Source of the DNA: Patescibacteria group bacterium
GTDB lineage: Bacteria; Patescibacteriota; Patescibacteriia; Patescibacteriales; GWC2-42-12
Length of the DNA: 64,000 nt
Assembly (NCBI GenBank): GCA_041662965.1
Contig: JBAZRI010000003.1
Location: 65,331-129,330 of the forward strand
Reading direction: 5' to 3'
Every line of letters begins with the position of its first letter. The stretch's first letter is position 1. Position numbers and translations under genes: made by a program. The notes under the pieces were generated by a model. It was not told where the DNA came from. It saw only the letters and a list, made by a program, of their open reading frames with translations, and did not search any database. This document shows, piece by piece, positions 27,310 through 33,002 of this stretch.

Positions 27310-28575
27310 CTAAATACTCAGCGCCGCCTCCACTCTTGATTGTTGAGTATAAGCGAAATCCTCTGGTGAGTGCAGGGAGCGCAGCTTATCCAGCCGCGAA
27401 TCATTCCACATTTCAAGAAGATCATCCGTCATAATGTTGCCTAGCTTTAATAATTCCTCGGCTCGTTGCTTGGCGTCCAAATAACAATCCCCTTTGCTGG
27501 AAATGGCAAAATTATAAATTCCCAAACTCATGGCGCTAAGAGTTCCGGCCAGCGGGTGATACTCATTATTTCCCAAATGATGCAATTCTGATTTCCAAAA
27601 AGGATTTCTCATTTTAACTTTACCTGCGGCCGCCCAGCGCAGACATGTTTGCGCCATATATTTTAAATCCTCGTCGTCAAGCAAAAAATCTTGCATTGTT
27701 TCCTTGGCTCGGCCATATGGAGTAACTGCGTTAAGATAAATGGAGGATGCTCCGTATTCACCGGCAAGCTCAGCAATTTCATCTAGCTCGCCGATATTTT
27801 TTTTATGGACCGCTGCCGCAACGGTAAAAGCCAAGCCGGCATCATTGAGCAGGCGCAGACGGCGCAAAGTTTTTAAAAATGACCCTTTGCCTCGCAGAAA
27901 ATCATGAGTTTCCGCCGTTGCTCCATCTAAACTGGTTTGTATACTGATAAGATGCTTTAAAGATTTAAGACCGGAAGCTTGCTGCTCATCGAGATTGTCA
28001 TAGTCAGTCAACAGAGTTAAGCCAAATTGCATCTCATCGGCGATTTCAAGAATCCGTTGTGTATATGGAAGTGATAATGGCTCTCCGCCGGAGATAACCA
28101 ACATAAGAACGCCGGCTTCTCGCAATCGTTGTATTATTTTCACCCAATCGTCAAAGATCAGCTCTTTTTGTCTGTTGATGCGACTGTTTGCATTCGTGGC
28201 GCAATGACGGCAATATTTCGGGCAATAGTCGGTAATATAAATTGTAACGCTAGATGGCGCCGCTAAGCAATCGGTTCTAAAATTATTTTTACTTTCGTTG
28301 AAAATCAAAATACCTGAAGCCTCATTTCGTCGGTCTATCAATCCTTGTTCATCATAAAAAGTGATAAAATCCTGAATTTCTTGATCGCCGATCATCATTC
28401 CCTTAACAATTAAATTTTTACGCAATTCACTTATAGTCAAAGGGGTATTGAGAAGACGGAGAATCTCAAAAGCATCTTCATTAAATTGCCAATAACGCCC
28501 GCTAAAAGATTGAAAGGCCAAACAGCCAAACCATTCATGACGCAATATAATTCCTTCCTTCAGCGCGTATTTCAT
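27310..28575 (-). CDS. Radical SAM enzyme with an N-terminal peptide-binding-like (RRE/PqqD-like) extension and no SPASM cysteine pattern
   Basis: CX3CX2C motif (CPKYCRHC) about 115 aa into the protein. GGAGGTAAA-ATG start at 28575. The C-terminal third has only two Cys. Confidence 0.8.
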   Translation of the reverse strand: MKYALKEGIILRHEWFGCLAFQSFSGRYWQFNEDAFEILRLLNTPLTISELRKNLIVKGMMIGDQEIQDFITFYDEQGLIDRRNEASGILIFNESKNNFRTDCLAAPSSVTIYITDYCPKYCRHCATNANSRINRQKELIFDDWVKIIQRLREAGVLMLVISGGEPLSLPYTQRILEIADEMQFGLTLLTDYDNLDEQQASGLKSLKHLISIQTSLDGATAETHDFLRGKGSFLKTLRRLRLLNDAGLAFTVAAAVHKKNIGELDEIAELAGEYGASSIYLNAVTPYGRAKETMQDFLLDDEDLKYMAQTCLRWAAAGKVKMRNPFWKSELHHLGNNEYHPLAGTLSAMSLGIYNFAISSKGDCYLDAKQRAEELLKLGNIMTDDLLEMWNDSRLDKLRSLHSPEDFAYTQQSRVEAALSI

Positions 28576-28595
28576 TTTACCTCCAATGGATTGAT

Positions 28596-28630
28596 GGTGA
28601 GGATTTACGCTATAGCCGTAAATCCTCACC
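28596..28630 (-). promoter_or_regulatory. Intercistronic hairpin between the peptide gene and the radical SAM gene
   Basis: Perfect 14-bp stem GGTGAGGATTTACG / CGTAAATCCTCACC with a 7-nt loop and no U-tract. Confidence 0.7.
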
Positions 28631-28650
28631 TGAGTTGTGCCACCGGTCAG

Positions 28651-28773
28651 TTATTTGGACCTGATAGCGGGTTGAATTTCCGATGGTGCCGGGGCCGATA
28701 CTTCGCCATGGTTAATCATCACGGCAGGCTGAGGCCGTATAACGACCACTTCCTTTGGATTTAGAGTGCGCAT
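28651..28773 (-). CDS. Candidate RiPP precursor peptide (40 aa): MRTLNPKEVVVIRPQPAVMINHGEVSAPAPSEIQPAIRSK
   Basis: Hand-translated small ORF. AAAGGAGGG lies 7 nt upstream of the ATG and the stop is TAA. It sits immediately upstream of, and on the same strand as, the radical SAM gene. Confidence 0.6.
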   Translation of the reverse strand: MRTLNPKEVVVIRPQPAVMINHGEVSAPAPSEIQPAIRSK

Positions 28774-29032
28774 CCCCATCCCTCCTTTCTTGAGCATAAA
28801 TTGTAAGGCATAACAACATCCTTACGCCCTCACCTAAAATAAAATATTCTCAACTTTTAGTATTTAGTATTAAGACATTTTAATGAGCTTTTTATTATCG
28901 CTAATAACCTTTTAAGCTATAACGATAACACCTTTAAAATAGTCTGAATTGCCGTGATTGTCAAGAATTGTGTCAGAAGAATGCGGGCGTAAAATTATCT
29001 CAACTAAAACGGCTTTTTTTATATAATCATTT

Positions 29033-29515
29033 TTGTTGTATAATTTAACTATGAACACCTATTTAAAAAAATTCATAGACGTTAAATTCAAAAAACCGGG
29101 TAAAGCCCTGGATTTGGGAGCCGGAGATTTTTCCGATATAACAGACTTAAAAAAACTTGGCTGGGAGGGTGAAGGCGTGGATATAAAAACCGGCGTGGAT
29201 TTGGAGAAACCATATCAATCAAAAAATAAGCCTTTTGATTTAGTATATACGAATTATGTTCTGCAAAAATTAAAAAATAAAGAACAGCTTATTAAAACAG
29301 CCTATAGTAATTTAAAAAACAGCGGTTGGTTTTTTATTCATACTTTTGATAAATCAGACCCTAACGGCAAATCCGATATAACCGCTGATTTTTTAGAAAA
29401 ATTATTAAAAAAACAAGGTTTTAAAAATATCGCCGTTAAAATATTTGATTTTTACGACGATGAAGCCGGACATAAGCATTGGCATAAAATTTTAGAGGCC
29501 AAGGCGCGAAAATAA
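29033..29515 (+). CDS. Small class I SAM-dependent methyltransferase
   Basis: Motif I LDLGAGDF. 160 aa. Divergent from the peptide gene. Confidence 0.7.
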   Translation: MLYNLTMNTYLKKFIDVKFKKPGKALDLGAGDFSDITDLKKLGWEGEGVDIKTGVDLEKPYQSKNKPFDLVYTNYVLQKLKNKEQLIKTAYSNLKNSGWFFIHTFDKSDPNGKSDITADFLEKLLKKQGFKNIAVKIFDFYDDEAGHKHWHKILEAKARK

Positions 29516-29576
29516 AAACCCGACAAATTAATGCCGGGTTTTATAATTTTAAACACAAACTTTTATAAAATATCGC

Positions 29577-29867
29577 CTACTCAATATTAAATCTATATCC
29601 ATTAACTTCTTCCAATAATTTCAAAGTGGCGATTACCGACTGATTATCGGAACGCTTTATAATAAATTTTCTGCCGTACTTTTTTACCAGCGGAGTTAAG
29701 AACTCATCGCCCCAGGACGGCGAAAAAGTATTGACCCCGTAAAAATCAGCCTCAACATTTTCTATTTTATCTGCGCTTGGCAAAGAAGGCATAAAAGCGG
29801 CTAAAGCTTCTTTGCCTAATTGCCTTGAAGTTAAAGTTGCGCCGAATTTTTTTAGTTGTATTATCAT
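29577..29867 (-). CDS. STAS-like small protein (DUF4325-like)
   Basis: 96 aa. The pattern (LTSRQLGKE...FYGVNTFSPSWGDEF) resembles the STAS-like DUF4325 family that partners with GHKL ATPases. Confidence 0.55.
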   Translation of the reverse strand: MIIQLKKFGATLTSRQLGKEALAAFMPSLPSADKIENVEADFYGVNTFSPSWGDEFLTPLVKKYGRKFIIKRSDNQSVIATLKLLEEVNGYRFNIE

Positions 29868-29892
29868 ATTATTTATTTTATCAATAACACTT

Positions 29893-30627
29893 TTAAAACT
29901 TAACTAACGCCAAACAACCGTTAACCGGCGTTTTCGCTTCAGCTATGTCTATGCCATGGCTTTTTTTATTTATTCTTAATTCGGCCTGCCCGCTCTTGAA
30001 TAAAAAATCATATTTGTTTTCCGCAACTATTTTTCTAACAAATTTAAGACCGTTGCCCCGGCTTTCCGGCGCCCGCCCGGATATTATTTCGGTAAAAGCC
30101 ATTTTTACCGCGTCTTGATCATCTTTTAAATCTGGCCTGACCTTTCTTAAGGTAGTTAAAACTCCCTGGCCTCGATCGGCAATCGCCAATTGCCGGTTAT
30201 TAAGATTATAGATAAAAAACACCCCCGGAACATCCGGCCAGTTGCCGAGATTGTGGTCATAGGCATTATTGCCGATTTCTCCGACGACGGAAGTAATTAA
30301 AGAAAACCTGTCTTGCAGAATGCCGGATTTAATAAGTTCGGTTTCCAGCCTTGACAGCCGCGCCTGAAAAATTGAACTGTTGGGACAGTAAAAATCGGCC
30401 AGAGGTTCAACGGCTGTATCGCCGCTTGCCCATTTTAAAGCCAGTTTATAAATATCCAAATTAGGCATCAATTCGGCCAATAAATTTCTGTCATAGTATC
30501 TATGCCCGGAGCTTTTAAGGCGAACCGCCGGCAATTTTCCGCTTTTATCCCAGCGGCGAAGCGTATCTAGAGAAACTCCTAATATTTGCGTGGCCTGATT
30601 AATTGTTATTAACTCTTTATTTTGCAT
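29893..30627 (-). CDS. MerR/excisionase-type HTH fused to a GHKL (histidine-kinase-like) ATPase domain
   Basis: N-terminal HTH (ITINQATQILGVSLDTLRRWDKSGKL). C-terminal N-box-like EIGNNAYDH, and G-boxes DRGQGV and GNGLKFV. Confidence 0.65.
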   Translation of the reverse strand: MQNKELITINQATQILGVSLDTLRRWDKSGKLPAVRLKSSGHRYYDRNLLAELMPNLDIYKLALKWASGDTAVEPLADFYCPNSSIFQARLSRLETELIKSGILQDRFSLITSVVGEIGNNAYDHNLGNWPDVPGVFFIYNLNNRQLAIADRGQGVLTTLRKVRPDLKDDQDAVKMAFTEIISGRAPESRGNGLKFVRKIVAENKYDFLFKSGQAELRINKKSHGIDIAEAKTPVNGCLALVKF

Positions 30628-30657
30628 AATAGTATTATACCTTATTTTTTAAAACTA

Positions 30658-30685
30658 TGCAAATACTGATTTTAAATAATTTGCA
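30658..30685. promoter_or_regulatory. Inverted repeat TGCAAAT-N14-ATTTGCA upstream of the HTH-GHKL gene (candidate operator)
   Basis: Perfect 7-bp arms 31-58 bp upstream of the start at 30627. A third TATGCAAAA half-site lies at 30754-30762. Confidence 0.4.
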
Positions 30686-30763
30686 AAAATAATTAAATTT
30701 AGCTAAAATTAAACAAAAATATTAAATAATATGATATTACTAAGATTACAATCTATGCAAAAT

Positions 30764-30795
30764 AGAAAAGGCCTGATTTTACTCAGGCCCTTTTT
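30764..30795 (-). terminator. Intrinsic terminator after the ArgA-like GNAT gene
   Basis: GGCCTGA-loop-TCAGGCC with T-runs on both strands. Confidence 0.6.
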
Positions 30796-30796
30796 G

Positions 30797-31273
30797 TTAA
30801 AAATTTTTGATGAGCGCGATTTCCTTGCAGTCTACTGACCCCGGTACGGCGATATTGCGCGGACAGCGGATACAATCTGTCCACATTTTTTTAGGCAGCA
30901 TCTCCATGCCAACTTTTTTAAAACCGTGCTTTTCAAAAGTATTAGGGCGTAAAGTTAAAGTGTAAACTATTTTTATGCCCAGATCCTCTATCCTCTCCAT
31001 CACTGCCGAAATTAGCATAGAGCCTATGCCGTGATTAAAATATTTTTTATCCACAACCCAAGAAACTATTTCCGCTTTTTCATCTTCACCGATTTTAAAA
31101 GCCACGCTGCCGGCAAATTGGCCATCATAGTCAGCCGCCAAAAAATTCGGCAACATGACCGTTAGCTCGGCTCTGCTTTTTGGCAGAAGCAACTCTTCCT
31201 TAGCATAGAGCTTGATTAAATCGTGAATTTTTACTATATCACTAACTACCGCTTGTCTAATTATTATTTTCAT
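30797..31273 (-). CDS. GNAT acetyltransferase of the short ArgA-like (COG1246, N-acetylglutamate synthase-like) type
   Basis: 158 aa. The N-terminal IRQAVVSDIVKIHDLIKLYAKEELLLPKS pattern, the GNAT core, and the C-terminal KMWTDCIRCP...C motif are typical of this subfamily. AGGAG RBS. Confidence 0.65.
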   Translation of the reverse strand: MKIIIRQAVVSDIVKIHDLIKLYAKEELLLPKSRAELTVMLPNFLAADYDGQFAGSVAFKIGEDEKAEIVSWVVDKKYFNHGIGSMLISAVMERIEDLGIKIVYTLTLRPNTFEKHGFKKVGMEMLPKKMWTDCIRCPRNIAVPGSVDCKEIALIKNF

Positions 31274-31371
31274 GATGAATCTCCTTTTTTGATTAAAATT
31301 TAACCGGTTGTTTCGTTTACCCTTTACGCTCCCCTATGCGCAGCATCACCTCCTTTCATTTTCAAAGAACT

Positions 31372-31394
31372 AAAAAACGGCCTTTTTGAGGCCG
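31372..31394 (-). terminator. Second short intrinsic terminator in the GNAT leader (CGGCC-TCAAAAA-GGCCG-T6)
   Basis: 5-bp all-GC stem with a 7-nt loop, followed by TTTTTT on the minus strand. Confidence 0.5.
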
Positions 31395-31421
31395 CTTGAT
31401 AGTTCGTAAAGTATAAATATT

Positions 31422-31505
31422 TTAAACACTAACAAACAGCCTCAAAAAAATAGTTTGAGTTGCGCGGCGTCTGTTTATAATTGCGTGTATTTTATTTTTT
31501 GCCAT
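31422..31505 (-). CDS. Candidate Arg-rich leader peptide (27 aa): MAKNKIHAIINRRRATQTIFLRLFVSV
   Basis: Hand-translated. AGA-CGC-CGC triplet of Arg codons. The ORF overlaps alternative hairpins upstream of the terminator at 31372-31394. No Shine-Dalgarno sequence is seen. Confidence 0.35.
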   Translation of the reverse strand: MAKNKIHAIINRRRATQTIFLRLFVSV

Positions 31506-31513
31506 ATAATATT

Positions 31514-31789
31514 AAAAAACCTCGTCTTCAAATAGAAAAAATTCTATTCAAGGACGAGGTTATTTAGTCTCGTGGTACCACCCTGATTCCCCAATTTTAT
31601 TATCGGAGCGCTCATTAAGCTATTTGCCCGCGGTAGCAAACCGCTCCGGCCTACTTAGGTTCAGCCGGCAATCTCCGGAAGCGCGTTCAGCATTACTGGC
31701 CTGCCGGGCTCGCACCATTACCCGGCTCGCTTAGAGGCTTAAATATTGCTTACTATTTTCCTTCAATGATTAGGTTGATTTTTAAGATC
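31514..31789 (-). promoter_or_regulatory. T-box riboswitch leader (specifier most likely CGC, Arg) with a terminator/antiterminator
   Basis: T-box sequence AATCAGGGTGGTACCACGAG (31569-31588). Stem I AG-bulge AGCGA and distal loop GGTGCGA. AGTA S-turn and GAA-CGC-G specifier loop. Terminator CCTCGTCC...GACGAGG plus T6 (31514-31559). Confidence 0.8.
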
Positions 31790-31795
31790 AATTAT

Positions 31796-31824
31796 ATTGT
31801 AATATATAAATAATTTTTTGTCAA
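31796..31824 (-). promoter_or_regulatory. Sigma-70-type promoter for the T-box leader
   Basis: TTGACA (31824-31819), a 17-nt spacer, and TACAAT (31801-31796). Confidence 0.6.
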
Positions 31825-31838
31825 ACTGACAAACTTTT

Positions 31839-32357
31839 TTACAAAACTTTCTCAAGAATAATCCCTCGTCGGCGATACCTTTCCTTCATTTCAGCAAAAG
31901 TAACTACGCCTAAATTTTCATGTATTTCATGGTTTATTTCGGTTATTTCACCGCCGAACCATTCGGGCGGAATAAAATTAAGCATGTCTTCATCATTATC
32001 AAATTCAACTTCCACTCTAACATAACCGCTTAATTTTTCTTTATAAATATCTAGCTCGCATATCAAATTATTAAGCGGTAACAAGTATCTTAATTTTTTA
32101 TGAGATTGGACGGTAGCGCCGATCAGGGCTTTAAACTCTCCTTCTTTAATATGAATAACATGCTCAATTCTTTCCTGCGCGGAATTATCTTCTTTTTTGA
32201 TTAAATGATAATCATTGCCTTTTTGGCGAATTTTTAAAGCATCAACCGCGTTAGAATCAAAAAAATCTCCGATTTGAATTTCAATCGGCTTGAATTGATT
32301 TAAATTATTGGGCAAATATTTTACTAAATAAACCCGTTCTCTTTCTGTTTGTTTCAT
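31839..32357 (-). CDS. CYTH-domain (triphosphate tunnel metalloenzyme) protein
   Basis: 172 aa with an N-terminal ExExK-like signature (TERERVYLVK) and a beta-barrel-type pattern. Confidence 0.6.
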   Translation of the reverse strand: MKQTERERVYLVKYLPNNLNQFKPIEIQIGDFFDSNAVDALKIRQKGNDYHLIKKEDNSAQERIEHVIHIKEGEFKALIGATVQSHKKLRYLLPLNNLICELDIYKEKLSGYVRVEVEFDNDEDMLNFIPPEWFGGEITEINHEIHENLGVVTFAEMKERYRRRGIILEKVL

Positions 32358-32379
32358 AAAAATTAATACAAACTATTGC

Positions 32380-32925
32380 TTATAAAACTTTCGCGTATGA
32401 ATAGCAATCTTTCATTTTTCCGTCTTTCTCTTTTAGCGCTTTCCGCATCCGCCCTTCTTTCCGGTAGCCGTTTTTTATAGCCACTTTTTCGCTGGCAATA
32501 TTGGCCGGCTGCATTAATATTTCAATCCTCATAAGCTTTAGTTTCTTAAAGCAAACATCTTCCATTAATTTAACTGCTCTACTGGCAATGCCTTTACCCC
32601 AATATTTTTCATCTATAAAATAACCGATTTCTCCAACATATCTCCGGTGATAATTTATTTTCACGCCAATCGCGCCAACAACCTCTTCGCCATAAATAAT
32701 CGCGTAATTCCATTCGGTATTCTCTTTCTGCCGTTTCGTATTGCCTTTAAGCCAATTTTTCTCGGCTAAAACAGACTTCGGCCGGACGCTTGTCAGATAA
32801 ACAAAATTCTGGTTATTTAAAATCTCGTAAAATTTTTTGGCGTCGCTGATTTTTTGCGGCCTTAATTTTATTTTTGGCATAAAATTAAATATTAGTCTCT
32901 TATGCGCGAATTTTATCATATTCAC
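32380..32925 (-). CDS. GNAT acetyltransferase (RimJ/RimL-like)
   Basis: GNAT motif A (YWGKGIASRAV). The start is uncertain; an alternative ATG is at 32880. Confidence 0.7.
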   Translation of the reverse strand: MNMIKFAHKRLIFNFMPKIKLRPQKISDAKKFYEILNNQNFVYLTSVRPKSVLAEKNWLKGNTKRQKENTEWNYAIIYGEEVVGAIGVKINYHRRYVGEIGYFIDEKYWGKGIASRAVKLMEDVCFKKLKLMRIEILMQPANIASEKVAIKNGYRKEGRMRKALKEKDGKMKDCYSYAKVL

Positions 32926-33002
32926 TGATAATTTTCAATAAAATATATCTGCTTTAAATTAATTTTGACACTTCTCTAATCTTCCTCTAAAATTAACTAC
33001 AT

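Noticed and set aside
28715-28819. An alternative 34-aa ORF (MLLCLTIYAQERRDGDAHSKSKGSGRYTASACRDD) overlapping the candidate RiPP precursor in another frame. It contains Cys residues.
   Set aside because: Its ATG directly abuts TAAGG, so there is no usable spacing. The 40-aa frame has AAAGGAGGG at the ideal 7-nt distance and ends cleanly before the hairpin. It remains a formal alternative to test by ribosome profiling or conservation.
31317-31346. A 9-codon mini-ORF (MLRIGERKG) preceded by a perfect GAAAGGAGGTG. On the plus strand this reads CACCTCCTTTC, like a 16S rRNA 3' tail.
   Set aside because: The SD core ends only 2 nt before the ATG, which is too close for initiation. The plus-strand resemblance to the anti-SD is simply the complement of an SD-like string. 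It may act as a ribosome stand-by or decoy site, but nothing supports coding.
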